A stretch of 64,000 bases of DNA from Octopus sinensis (lineage: Eukaryota), in contig NC_043004.1 of NCBI RefSeq assembly GCF_006345805.1, positions 73,842,001 to 73,906,000 on the forward strand, read 5' to 3'. Every line of letters begins with the position of its first letter. Position 1 is the stretch's first letter. This document shows positions 36,778 through 50,424 of this stretch, piece by piece. The notes below the pieces were generated by a model. That model saw only the letters and a list, made by a program, of their open reading frames with translations. It had not been told where the DNA came from and searched no databases. A program made the position numbers and the translations under genes.

Positions 36778-37190
36778 TAGGTGAGCTGGCAGAATTGTTA
36801 GCACGCCGGGTAAAATACCTAGTAGCACTTCATTCGTTCTGGGTTCAAATGCCGGCGGGAGTCTACTTTGCATTTTCACCATTTCGGGGTTGAGAAAATA
36901 AGTACCACTGAAGTACTGGGGTCGATGGTATCGACTTATCACTTCCCAGAAATAGCTGGCCTTGTGCCAAAAATCGAAACCATCATCATCATCGTCATCA
37001 TTACTAAAGCGGTGAGCTGGCAGAGTCGTTAGCGAGTCGAACGAAATGTTTAGCGGCATTCCGACTGTCTTTTCGTTCTGAGTTCAAATTTCGCCGAGGT
37101 CAGTTTTGCCTGTCATCATTTTGGGATCGATGAAACGGGTATCATTAATCAGTGGAGTCGATGTAATCCCACCTCCTACAAAACTTCAGA
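36778..37190 (+). mobile_element. Two SINE B copies
   Basis: Heads ggtgagctggcaga at about 36780 and 37010. Confidence 0.78.
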
Positions 37191-37329
37191 CCGTGGTACC
37201 CATCAAATCCCGACAGGGTGAACTTTGTCTTTCAAGCTGGAAGTGGAAAAAATATACCACTGATGTTTCAATTAATCTAACTTCCACAACCATAAGAACT
37301 TATCAAAAAAAAAAAACCAAGCAACAACC

Positions 37330-37480
37330 AAAAATCACTAAAAAGATCGATCGTTCTGCAACGTCATCAAGTATGTATAGAAAGACATCAACAAGAGAAT
37401 AAACAATTTATCCTCTGGCGAAGTCACCTTCAAAAAGGGCCGCACTACAACGAAGTACCGAAAAAGAATTTCGTATATAC
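37330..37480 (+). mobile_element. Possible degenerate Penelope-like fragment
   Basis: DINKRINNLSSGEVTFKRAAL resembles the post-RT segment of Penelope-like ORFs. Confidence 0.4.
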
Positions 37481-37769
37481 AAATAGCAACAAATGATTGT
37501 TCTAAAAATACTGAGATGACGAATATAACATGAATGTGAAAAACAGCTCAGGACGTCAGGCGTCGTTTAAAACTTCCAACCGTTGTTATCCGTTGTTCAT
37601 TTCAATCCACTAATGAGTGCTCGACCAGACAAAGGTACTGCACAAAACATTTAGGTACGCGTTTGGAAACCTGTCTGCTACATACGTGTACATTAAACTG
37701 ATGCTATTCGTTTCTAAGAGTGTAATTGGCACTTTTATGTTTTCTCCACGATAAAACATAAACAATTAC

Positions 37770-37819
<50 letters not shown>

Positions 37820-37958
37820 CAACCACACCGCACGCACGCACCACACACACACACACACACACACACAACGCACGCACCACACGCACACACACACAACACA
37901 CACAACGCACACACGCACGCACGCACGCACACACACACACACACACACAACACACACG

Positions 37959-38004
<46 letters not shown>

Positions 38005-38496
38005 CGCGCACACACACACACATACACGCACACACACACACACAACACACACACGCACGCACACATACGTATGTATATGTATGCATGTGCATGTATATGT
38101 GTTTATACGCACTCACACGTGTACACACACATACACACATACATACGTATGTATATGTAAACATGTGCATGTACGTACGTGTGAGTACTCTCCAACACGT
38201 GTACACACACACACACATACAGTGTTTGATTGCAGTACCCAAGATACGTAGCACTCAATACAACTATGCGGAACACTATAATCCAAACTGAGAGAATGGA
38301 GCAGGTAAAATGCAGCCTACATATGTTTCCTAGCTAGCAGAACTTCGAAAGTAATAATTACGCAACGAGAGGTACTCATCAGGCCGAAGATACCTTAGTT
38401 AAATGACGGTTACGTTGTCGTCAAAGAATCTTGAGTTAATTCGCGGGAGATGTGAGTTAAAATGTATAAGTGGTGTGTATATGTATGTGTATATAT

Positions 38497-38552
<56 letters not shown>

Positions 38553-38581
38553 TATGTCTATCTACATATATATATATATGT

Positions 38582-38623
38582 AGTGAATTTGGTAGACGAA
38601 AACTGAAAGAAGCCCGTCGTATG

Positions 38624-38661
<38 letters not shown>

Positions 38662-38874
38662 CGTGTATATGTTTGTGCGTCTGTATTTCTCACCCCAACA
38701 TCGCTTGACAACCGATGGTGGTGTGTTTACGTCCCCGTAACTTAGCGGTTCGGCAAACGAGGCCGATAGAATAAGTACTAGGCTTACAAAGAGTAAGTCC
38801 TGGGATCGATTTGCTCGACTAAAGGCGGTGCTCCGGCATGGCCAGAGTCAAAGGACTGAAACAAGTAAAAGAGA

Positions 38875-38876
<2 letters not shown>
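38582..38876 (+). mobile_element. SINE A, 5'-truncated
   Basis: Body and tail. Confidence 0.85.
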
Positions 38877-38920
<44 letters not shown>

Positions 38921-38942
38921 TATATATAAATAATATATATAT

Positions 38943-38978
<36 letters not shown>

Positions 38979-39252
38979 ATTGTTATTTTAGGGATATAAA
39001 TCCAAACGTACAGGGAAAAAAAATTCAATTTAGAAAACTAAATCAAATTTCACACAATATAATATATATATATAAAAATTAGAAAAAAACACCTTTTATC
39101 AATTCAAAATCACCAATTAAATTACACCATCTAGAAAATACATAGAGTAGAAATATTAGAATTAAAATAACAATAAAATATCAATGATTAAGTAAATTGC
39201 AAAAAAAATAATAAAAACGTGCATAATTGGTAGATTAATGTGTGTGTATATG

Positions 39253-39416
<164 letters not shown>

Positions 39417-39736
39417 TAGACATGATAAATTGGTATATTATGTTAAGAACGTAATAGAATACAGTATAAAGCTGGTCCACCTTCAGATTTACCCTGTGCT
39501 ATCCAACAGCAGCATTATACGTACTTCTAGGTTTGTGTTTGGGCATCTGTCATATATTTCGAGGGTCGTTGATGAAGGGTCATTCTATTTGTTGTTTGTT
39601 TGTTTTGTTTTTCATTTGTGTCTTTCGTTGTACGAAAGAATAGTTCATATTCCATGTACTCGTGCTTCGTACTTTTTTGTTGTACACGTTTCGTGACGTC
39701 CTGTACCCACATACACACACACACATACATACATAC

Positions 39737-39783
<47 letters not shown>

Positions 39784-39831
39784 TGTGTGTATAGATGCAA
39801 GTATATACATATACGTATGTATATATGCATA

Positions 39832-39876
<45 letters not shown>

Positions 39877-40499
39877 GTGCTTAGGCATCCTCGCCAAATA
39901 AAGGTGGTATGGCCCATGTAGATATTTCTTTAAATATCTATATTTCTCGAAGATCTCTGACGTGGTACGATCTCGAATTGAATGCAAACTCAAGAATTTT
40001 TGGTAGCGCATATATTTTGAGAATTTTCACGGGGCTCTTTTTTCGCCAACAATTCGGGAAGTTAAGGTGATATTACGCTTCCTTGCTGAAACATGTCTGG
40101 AACCGTAAATGTTGAAAAAAAGCGAAAATATATCTATTATTAGACATATACCGAATATTTGATCCTATTTTACTTTTAATACTTCAAGTATTACATATAT
40201 TTTTATATTTTATGTATTATAAATCATGTACATAACATCTTGGAATTATAAGTCACAGAGCCTCTGTATCTTAAGAGAGACTTGTATATGTACCACGGTG
40301 TGTTTTTTCATGAATCCTCGATCGACTCGAAACTTATTCTTTGCTTCCGTATCTATCTTTACAGTAGCCATGTTCAAATATTCCAGTGAAATTGTTTTCT
40401 CCAAAGCCGGAGTTAAAAACACAAATCTGTGGTTAGCATCTAATATGAGATAAATTTAGCTGCTATTTCTCGCAGGTCGAGTGACCATGCAGAGTTTCT

Positions 40500-40847
40500 G
40501 CCCATGGTTCCGGATTCAGTCCCACTGCGTGGCACGTTGGGCAAGTGAGTGGATTTGGTAGATAGAACTGAAAGAAGCCCGTCGTATATATGTTATATAT
40601 ATATGTATATGTATATATGTATGTATGTATGTATGTGTGGGTGTTGTATATGTTTGTATGTCGTGTTTGTCCCACAACATCGCTTGACGACCGATGCTGG
40701 TGTGTTTACTTCACTTCCCGTACTTAGCGGTTCGGGAAAAGTGACCGATAGAATAAGTACTTACAAAGAATAAGTCCTGGAGTCGATTGCTCGACTAAAG
40801 GCGGTGCTCCAGTATGGCCACAGTCAAAGGACTGAAACAGGTAAAAG
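40500..40847 (+). mobile_element. SINE A, head partly missing
   Basis: B box, body and tail. Confidence 0.82.
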
Positions 40848-41994
40848 TATTATTTGTTTAACTATTCATGATTATGCCAGACACTTGTTTTACAATATAA
40901 ATAACGACTTCTCTCGTGTGCAGTTATACTTTTAGATTACTAGAAAACAAAAAAAAATCTATTATCCATTGCAGGTAATATAAAAGAATATCTTCTGGAA
41001 TTGGAGCCATTGATTTCGCTTGTTAACTTTGAGAGAGAAGGAAAAAGAATTTCCAGTCATGTTGCTACTATTTCTAGCTGTTTTGTTATCGTAATTCTCG
41101 CGGTAAATGGCGGAACGAACAATTTGGATTACGTTTCACATAAAAAATTTCGTTTATAAATATATGAACTCTATTCAATATATTAATCTAAATAAATTCA
41201 TCCTTTCGGGAGACGATAAATTAAATACCAGTTGCGTACTAGGGTCGGTCTAATCGAATGATCCCTCCCCAAAAATTTCAGGCCTTGTGCATAGAGTAGG
41301 AAATATTAATCTAAATAAATTAGAACCGAAATTAGAACGAAAGAGAGATCAAAGCGTACGGATGGATGAATGGATGAGTAATTTTTTTTATAACCAGAAT
41401 GTTGTTAATACGATACCATTGGTTTCACGCGAATACATATGCAACTCTCCAGTCGTAGTTTGTGTAATGTTAGCAACTCATCATTTTGTTACATTTATTG
41501 TTACATATAAAGCTGTGTGCAATAATCACGAGGGCAACCTTTTCCTTTTCTTTTTTCAAAATATTTCTTCAGATATCTCTATTTCAGTTACTAGAACTTA
41601 CGATCCTGCAAATATACACGTAAAGGCTTGGGGTGAGGCTTTGTGACGAAGTTTAGGGTTTAGGATTAGGACAATGAAATGGGTGGTTCGAAAAAAAATA
41701 GGAATTTGTAAACGATTGTATTTTTCAATTTTTTTTCATCCCTAATGTGTAAAATATGTAAGCAAATTAGTTATAAAGGAAGTTGCATTTGCTCAACTTC
41801 GTAAAATTTTCTTCATTTACTTGTAAAAGTTTTCATTTTGGGCTATTTCTAACACATATCACTGTATTTTGAAAAATTTGTTCCACTTTTCGTGACACTG
41901 TCCGGCGATAATCAGCATCAAATTATAACTATCCGGAAAACGGAGATCTTATTTTCTTTCTATCACCATCGCGTATTTGTTTTACTCATTAATA

Positions 41995-42025
41995 AGCCCG
42001 GGCCACGCCGGGTACTGCAGCTAGT
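41995..42025 (+). mobile_element. Helitron-type 3' terminus (upstream extent uncertain, perhaps to about 41590)
   Basis: GC hairpin cccgg-gccacg-ccggg followed 8 nt later by CTAG|T. Confidence 0.65.
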
Positions 42026-42109
42026 GTGTATGCGTGATTATATGTGTGTATCCATGTATGTATACATACATATATTACATACATAATAACACACGTACAC
42101 AAGTGTGTG

Positions 42110-42173
<64 letters not shown>

Positions 42174-42634
42174 GGATGTATAATATGTAGACATATATTC
42201 GTAGACTACAGCACAAACAATGTGAATCTTTAACGATGCCAAAAGTTTATACCACCCTGATTGCTAGAGGAAAGCAAACTTCAATTTAGTCGTGTTAACA
42301 GTTATCATAGAGATACAGATTTTAGCACAATAGCTCCATCTGGTCTTTACTGTTGACAAACACACACACACAGATGTATGCACAAAGGCGCACACGCACA
42401 CACGCACACACACGCACAGATGTATGCACATAGGCACACACACGCTCACAAACACACATACAATACTATTCACTCATAAACACGCATATATATATATATA
42501 TAATTATATAATGTGTGTGTATGTGTATTTAGAAACGCAGATACATACTTATACATAGATAAATAAGCATATGTATATATTATGTATGTGTGTGTGTGTA
42601 TGTATGTATGTATGTATGTATGTATGTATGTATG

Positions 42635-42666
<32 letters not shown>

Positions 42667-43311
42667 ATATAATATATATTATATTATAATATAATACACT
42701 CACATAAACATGCAAGCTTGCATATATATATATATATAGAAAGAAATCGCTCTCCATAGCCAACGGTATGTTTGCATGTAAAAAAAAAATTGAGTAATTT
42801 ATTCTCTGAGTAAGAGAAAGACTAGGTTAAACATTTTCCTCTGATGAAAGACACACAGCTGCCTTCAATCAATCTTCCAGTAAATCTTTTCACAATGTCA
42901 GCCTATTTAAACACACATACACACATACATTTGTGTACATAAGCGCGCGCACATACCTACATTCTTAAATACACGAGTAAGTATCTATGTATAACGCTAT
43001 TCGGCTAGGTGACGATCTTCCCATCAACTCGTGACAAGCGAGCATGCTACTCACCTAACTCGGGATCAGCCGGTCGAAATTTCTCTTCCATTTTCTTCAT
43101 TTTTTCACCCTTTCTTTTTAATAATTGTTTTTATTACTCTATTTCTCAATGGAATTTTCTAGTTGTCGTCTGCTGTCCGATCGAAATGATAGCCACCATA
43201 TTTTAAAACATGTTCGTTCTTCTTGTCACTATGTTTGGTAAGACCACCAAAGTCTCTATATCTAAATAATAAATCACCGAGATTATCGAAATACTACTGT
43301 TTTAATAGTGT

Positions 43312-43375
<64 letters not shown>

Positions 43376-43624
43376 AAAACATGTATATTCTGTTTTTGTT
43401 TTTTTTTTTGTGGGGGAACGGTGAAACTGCAAGTAGATAGCGCTATATATAATAGCGTGTAAATATTGGGTTTAAAAATCCCTTTGGAAAGAATAAGTCG
43501 AAGGTTGCCCTTGGAACACGAACCAGCATTTCCATAAAGATAGCAGACGTTGCACCATTCCACTTACACTGTTCCAAAAAAGCAACCATTTCACGTTCTT
43601 TTGAAGTTTATAAATTCTTATGAC

Positions 43625-43950
43625 GTTAGTAAATATTCTTTTCTACTCTATGCACAAGGCTTGAAATTTTGGGGGATGGTAGGGGGTCAATCGATTAGAT
43701 CAACTCCAATATGCAACTGGTACGTAATTTATCGGCACCGAAAGGATGAAAGGCAAAGTCGACTTCGGCGGAATTTTAACTCAGAACTTAAAGCCAGACA
43801 AAATACTTATTTCTTTACTACCCACAAGGGGCTAAACACAGAGATGACAAACAAGGACAGACAAACGGATTAAGTCGATTATATCGACCCCAGTGCGTAT
43901 CTGGTACTTATTTAATCGACCCCGAAAGGATGAAAGGCAAAGTCGACCTC
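43625..43950 (-). mobile_element. 5'-truncated SINE B1 joined to a headless B2
   Basis: Junction aaagaaata|agtatttgtctgg at 43808/43807. Confidence 0.82.
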
Positions 43951-44169
43951 TTTCTCTAACATTTTACGTAGTTCAACCAACACAAGTTAATGTGTGAATA
44001 ACAAAATAGGAATTTTGAAAGGAATATCTATAAACTCGTTTACAAATATCGAATTGATATGGGAGTCCAACAGTATAAAATAGTAACCAAAGACGTTCAT
44101 AGGTAAAAAGAAAATGACTGAGAACCTCTGGTTCAAAGATTCATAGATCTTTGATATTATTATTTAGTC

Positions 44170-44590
44170 AAATAAGTCTTCGCAGAGTCCTTTCTGCTCC
44201 TCCCGATACAGATTTTGCTCTTTCGTCTTTTTTACCAGATATTTATTTTCTTTGATACTTTTGCAGTTAAGGTTTTCTAAACTGTTGAGAGGTAGGTTAT
44301 GAGCTTGCATTTTTCAGGGTTTGTTGCTCCTTAGTATCCGGGATTTAGATGGTTTTCCCCACATTAGACCAGTCTGATGGTTTTCCGGTTCCTTCAATAT
44401 CTATCGAACATCTCTGTACCGTCTTGTTTGATTTTTATAGTGTCTGGTGTTATTATGGCGTCTTGTGTCAATATGACGTCGCACGAGGGTTCAATTGATC
44501 CTCTGCTGTACTTGCTCGTCGCCATAATTTTTGTATTTCTCTTGCTGTTAGTGCTGCATTGACTTCTATTTTCACTTTATCTAGTTCTTG
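44170..44590 (-). mobile_element. Degenerate R4-like RT N-terminal fragment
   Basis: Remnant DW(LM).GKTI.IP....PITYL.TV.KTLTA. Confidence 0.5.
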
Positions 44591-44819
44591 ATAAAGTCGT
44601 AAGGGGTTAGAGTCGAACTATCTGTCTTGTTCAAAGAATCGGAGTCTGTTTTCATATTGAAGGCAGTCTGTAATTTAGTGAGGATTCCTTATCTTAGGTG
44701 ATCTCTCATTTTATTATGTAACGTTGTATGTGTGTGTGTGTGTGCGTGCGCGCGCGTGTGTGTGTGTGTGTGGTGTGTGTGTGTGTGTGCGTGCGTGCGT
44801 GTGATATTCAGGTGACAGA

Positions 44820-45010
44820 AATGAACAGTATCTGTATTTCAAAGGGCCAGCCTTGTCACATTTTGTCACGTTGAACCTTCCTGACAACTATGTTAAAGGT
44901 CCTTGCGTCCGTGGAGTGCTCAGCCACTTGCACGTTAATTTCACGAACTGGTTGTGCTGTTGATCGGATCAACTATTACATTCGTCGTTGTAACCGACAG
45001 ATGCCAGTTA
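44820..45010 (+). mobile_element. SINE C 3' portion
   Basis: tttcaaagggccagccttgtcac...gtaaccgacagatgcc. Confidence 0.8.
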
Positions 45011-45108
45011 GTGTGTGATATTTTTATGTTATAAAACTGTAGCATTTGTTTCTCCTTACTTTTTCTTTATTTTCCGCTATTGATTTCGTCAGAATTGGGA
45101 GAATTATA

Positions 45109-46391
45109 TTGGGTTGTCCGGAAAGTTGGTGCCGATTTATAGTAGCTTACATTTCGACTAATTTTAGAACATGGTTCAGTCCATAAAATAAGATTTGACT
45201 ACCCCTCCATTTAGACCACAGTTTAAGCTGTCTTTTCGTGGAAGAAGGTTTATGTTCCTATGACCTGTGGTAATTCTGTAACCCTTTAAAATGGAAGATA
45301 ATAAAGTTCATTTTCAGTACTTGATGCTTTTCTTTTTCCGTAAAGGGAAAATGCCTCACAAGCAACCAAAGAAATATGCGCAGTTTACGGTGATGTTTCT
45401 TTATCCGAAAGAACTGTACGGAAGTGGTTTGCAAGGTTCCAGGCTGGAGGTTGTAGCCTTATTGATAAAGAGCGATCAGGCAGACCATCCACTACAGATG
45501 ATGACCAAATCAAGTCCTTAATTGAGAATAACCCTCATTGCACATCCTGAGAATTGGCAGAAAGCCTCAACCTATCAAAATCCGTCGTTCATGAGCACCT
45601 GGTAAAGCTTGGGTATACAAATCGCTACGATGTTTGGGTACCACATGAGTCAAGTGAGAAGAACCTTTTGGGTCGCATTTCCATCTGTGATTCGCTTTAT
45701 AAACGGAATGAAAACGTGCCTTTTTTAAAGCAAATTGTGACAGGTGGTGAGAAATGGATTATCTACCGAAATGTTCAGAGAAAGCGATCCTGGAGTAAGC
45801 GACAGGAGCCATCATTAGCCACCCCAAAAGCGGGTCTTCACCCTAAAAAAGTCTTGCTTTGCGTCTGGTGGGATTAGAAAAGAATTCTGTACTATGAGCT
45901 TCTCCCAAGTAACCAGACAATTAATTCTGAGAAATACTGCACACAAATGGACGAGTTAAAAGCAGCAATTCAAGAGAAACGTCTAGAATTGGCCAACAGG
46001 AAGGGTGTTGTTTTCCAACATGAGAATGCAAGACCGCACGTTTCTTTGGGAACCAGACAAAAATTGCTGCAGCTCGGCTGGGATGTGTTACCCCACCCTT
46101 CATATTCACCAGATATTGCTCCTTCGGATTTCCACTTACTCAGGTCTCTGCAGAATATAGTCTTAATGGTAAAAATTTCAATTCCTTGGATGACGTGAAA
46201 AGATACCTTGATGAATTCTTTGCCATGAAATCCTCAATTCTGGGAAGAGGGTATTTTCAAGTTAAAGGAAAGATGGAGACGCATTGTGCAACAAAATGGT
46301 TCATATTTGGTTGATTGAAAATGTAATGGCAAGTATTTATTGACGTTTTTCTTTCGTTTAAAAGTTGGCACGAACTTTCCGGACAACCTAA
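45109..46391 (+). mobile_element. Full-length mariner transposon, inactive
   Basis: About 30-bp TIRs; TA TSDs at 45107-8 and 46392-3; WVPHE, TGGEKW (D>G), HPKK, HENARPH (D>E), YSPDIAPSD; frameshifts and stops. Confidence 0.95.
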
Positions 46392-47184
46392 TATTTTCTA
46401 GCTTTTCTTTACGTTTCGTTTCCATGTTTTTCGATTTTGAAATACCTACGCTCGTATGCTGGATATGAGTCATTTTGGCGCAGCAGTTTTGGCGCTATCG
46501 AATTAGCATCACTGATTCATCACCTAGTTTGATATCAGACATTTTAATGTTTCTCCCGTTCTATTCCTCCCTCACTCTCTCTTTCCTTCTTTATCTCACT
46601 CTCTCGCTCTTTCTTTCTCTCACTCTCTCTCTCTCACTCCTCCCTCACTCTTTCTCTCTCTCACACACACTCTTTATCTGTATGCATATATTTCTTCAAG
46701 TTCGTGCGTTTTACCTCCAGTACCGAAATGTACCGTCACCAAAACAGGTAGTAGAATGTCCAACCAGCCAGGCAAAATCATCAGCGCTCAAACAGCCCCA
46801 CCTAATCGTCTTATTCCAGGGTAAATTTAAAGAAGTTCACATTTCTTTGTAATGACTATGGTTGCTGTATATATTATTTTGATTAACCTAGTGATAATGA
46901 TGTCCATATCTGTTTTCATTAAATCAGCCATTTATGCGGCGTTTTATATATTTATTTATTTATTTTTGTTATTGTTGCTATTTTATTTGTTCCGTTTTAT
47001 TCTTGGGACACGCTTTTATTGATCCATTGGAAAATCTAGATTTTAATTCTTCCATTATTTCCACTTTTAGATTATCACAATGCGAATAATATCCGTTAGA
47101 ATTTCCTATTCTTTAATCTTTCAAATGTGCTTTTGTTGTTGTTTTTTTGCACGCATTGCATGTCTTTGAGGTTTATCGTATCAA

Positions 47185-47187
47185 GTT

Positions 47188-47248
<61 letters not shown>

Positions 47249-47307
47249 GCTCTCTCTCTTTCTTTCTCTCTCCCTCTCTACCCCGCTCTCTCCTCCTATC
47301 AAACCCT

Positions 47308-47341
<34 letters not shown>

Positions 47342-47368
47342 CTCTAATCTCTCTCTATCTATCTATCT

Positions 47369-47441
<73 letters not shown>

Positions 47442-47450
47442 CTATCTATC
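47185..47450. repeat. (CT)n/(CTAT)n microsatellite
   Basis: Direct inspection. Confidence 0.95.
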
Positions 47451-47927
47451 ACTCTTCGTCACCCTCAAATGGACGCCATCAACCACTTGTCTCCAGAATT
47501 CCTTTTCTTGTATTACCTTTGATCGGTCGATCTTCAATAGACCAGAATCTTCAACCTGTCAGTCAGTAGAAATGTCCAATCTCAATGTTTTTACTTTCTA
47601 TGGTTTGCTTTGTGTTTTATCTTATTATCTTTTTACCTTTTTTAAATCACTGGGCTGCGGCCATACTAGTGCACCGCCTTGAAGGGCTTAGACTGGTGCT
47701 TCATCAGTTGATTTAAACCTAGTACCCGATCGCCCGTCAACTCAAACCTCTAATATAAGTCATCGGGGGTTAACAAAAAAAATCAATAAATTTTACCAGT
47801 AAATCCACGTCTTACAAACACAGTCATCCTTCCACCTTTTTGCCATTTTTTATTTGGTTTCATTCGTTGGTATTTAATCGATGTTAAAGGATACTTTTCG
47901 TAGTAGTTGGCTAAATTCTACCATATG

Positions 47928-47974
<47 letters not shown>

Positions 47975-48004
47975 TATTATTATCATTAATTATTATTATT
48001 ATTA

Positions 48005-48046
<42 letters not shown>

Positions 48047-48667
48047 TGCTTCTGTTTTTATTTGTCGGTGATATTGTTGTCCTTTCGTTTCAGTATCAGC
48101 ACTCCAGTTGGCTGTCTATATTACTTACATCTTAAAGACATGTTTGTTTAGCCTTTTCATACACATATGTAATGTGTGCGTGAACATGAGAGCGTTTCGA
48201 ATTTCCGCGCGCGTGCGTGTGAGCGCACCGAACATGTGCACGTGTGTGTGCGTGCGTGTGTAGTCGTGCGTGTGTGGTGTGTGTGTGTGTGTTGTGTGCG
48301 TGCGTGTGTGCGTGCGTGTGTGTGCGTGCGTGCGTGTGTGCGTGTGTGTGCGTGTGTGTGTGTGTGTAGACCACCTGGTTCGTTTCAGTCGCCTCTAACC
48401 ACCATCGCAATGCAGGTCTTTACTTCTCTCGTTACTCTCATAGCAATGTGAAATTGCATTCAAACTATTTTTATATCTCTGCGTCCCGCATCAACAAAGC
48501 CCAAACATCCAACAAACGCCACCAATACCACCAACACTACCTTCATTACTATTATTACTATTATTACTATTATTACTATTACTGCTGCTGCTGCTGTTGC
48601 TAATACTAATACTAATAATAATAATAATAATAACAATAACAATAACAACAACAACAACAACAACAAC

Positions 48668-48716
<49 letters not shown>

Positions 48717-48721
48717 TAATA

Positions 48722-48955
48722 TTTTTTTTTACTGCCCACAAGGGGCTAAACACAGAGATGACAAACAAGGATAGACAAACGGATTAAATCGATTACATCG
48801 ACCCTAGTGCGTAACTGGCACTTATTTAATCGACCCCGAAAGGATGAAAGGCAAAGTCGACCTCGGCGGAATTTGAACTCAGAACGTAGCGGCAGACGAA
48901 TTACTGCTAAGAATTTCGCCCGGCGTGCTATCGATTCTGCCAGCTCACCGCCTTT
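48722..48955 (-). mobile_element. SINE B1 abutting (AAT)n
   Basis: Full head; B1 tail runs into triplet repeat. Confidence 0.88.
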
Positions 48956-48967
48956 AATAATGATAAC

Positions 48968-49380
48968 CCTTTCTTCTATAGGCACAAGGCCTGGCATTTG
49001 GAGGAGGGGATAGTCGACTACATCGACTCAGTACTGAACTGGTACTTGATTTATCAACCCCGAAAGGATGAAAGGCAAAGTCAACCTAGGTGGAATTTGA
49101 ACTCAGAACTTAAAGCCAGAGAAAACGTAGCGACGGAAGAAATACCTATTTCTTTACTACCCACAAGGGGCTAAGCATAGAGGGGACAAACAAGGACAGA
49201 CAAAGGGATTAAGTCGATTACATCGACCCCAGTGCGTAACTGGTACTTAATTTATCGACCCCGAAAGGATGAAAGGCTAAGTCGACCTCGGCGGAATTTG
49301 AACTCAGAACGTAACGGGCAGACGAAATACGGCTACGCATTTCGCCCGACGTGCTAACGTTTCTGCCAGCTTGCCGCCTC
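48968..49380 (-). mobile_element. SINE B1 joined to headless B pieces
   Basis: Junction aaagaaata|ggtatttcttccg at 49147/49146. Confidence 0.85.
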
Positions 49381-49419
<39 letters not shown>

Positions 49420-49457
49420 TACTGATGATGATGATGATAATAATAATAATGGTGATG

Positions 49458-50027
49458 ATTTCATTTATTTGCCACCCGGGCGAAGGATGAGGGGACAATA
49501 CAAAGACAGACATAAAGTGTGTGGTGGTGGTGGTGGTGGGGTTACATATAATGAAATGATAAAATAAAATAAAGAAAAATGTAAGTATACAGGGCATACA
49601 ATGAAAAGGAAGAGACACACACAAAGGTTTACAAAGGTTTACAAACAAACAAAAAAGTGAGGAGGGATAGAGATGTGGCCCTCCTGATACAGGAAAACCT
49701 CTAGGGATAATCGAAGAACCCCACTGTCCGAGATTTCCCTGAACACTAAGAGCAAGTACCCTCTCCAATTCCTTCTCTCCGACTCACAGGTCTACACTTT
49801 GGGAGGTACCATCCACTCCTGCCATTTTCGCAACTTTCACCCACCTTTCAATAAACTCACTCCAGGACAGCGCTTCCCTCTTCACTCTCAATTTCCTGTT
49901 CAAGTGTAACTCAAAGAAGTCAATGAGAGCTGTATTACAGAGGAATGTATCTCTCCTGATGCCTTTCAGCTTTGTCCACCAAACAACCTCTTTCGCCACA
50001 GCCACCAGGCAAAGGAAAATTGCCTTT
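49458..50027 (-). mobile_element. Tx1/L1-clade LINE, ORF2 C-terminus plus 3'UTR
   Basis: AIFLCLVAVAKEVVWWTKLK...FFELHL.RKLRV.R...EF.ERW, resembling the L1/Tx1 ORF2 C-terminal region; pyrimidine-rich 3'UTR; triplet repeats on both flanks. Confidence 0.7.
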
Positions 50028-50051
50028 AATAATAATAATAATAATAATTAT

Positions 50052-50278
50052 TTCTTGACTACCCACAAGGGGTTAAACACAGAGGGGACAAACAAGGACA
50101 GACAAACGGATTAAGTCAATTACATCGGCACCAGTGCGTAACTGGTACTTAATTTATCGACCCCGAAAGGATGAAAGGCAAAGTCGACCTCGGCGGAATT
50201 TGAACTCAGAACGTAATGGCAGACGAAATACGGCTTTGCATTTCGCCCGGCGTGCTAACGTTTCTACCAGCTCGTGCC
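50052..50278 (-). mobile_element. SINE B1 abutting (AAT)n
   Basis: Tail gtagtcaagaaata|attatt. Confidence 0.88.
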
Positions 50279-50379
50279 GTCTTTCAAAATATCCGTATAC
50301 CTCAAAGCATACATATTCAAATGCCGCACAAAGCTGGATCCACTCATCGATACGAATATTCAAGCACGCACACACACAC

Positions 50380-50424
<45 letters not shown>

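Noticed and set aside
38320-38385. Possible minus-strand hammerhead (CTGATGA ... GAAAC-ATAT-GTA)
   Set aside because: No G-C closing pair for stem II and only 1-2 pairs possible in stem I
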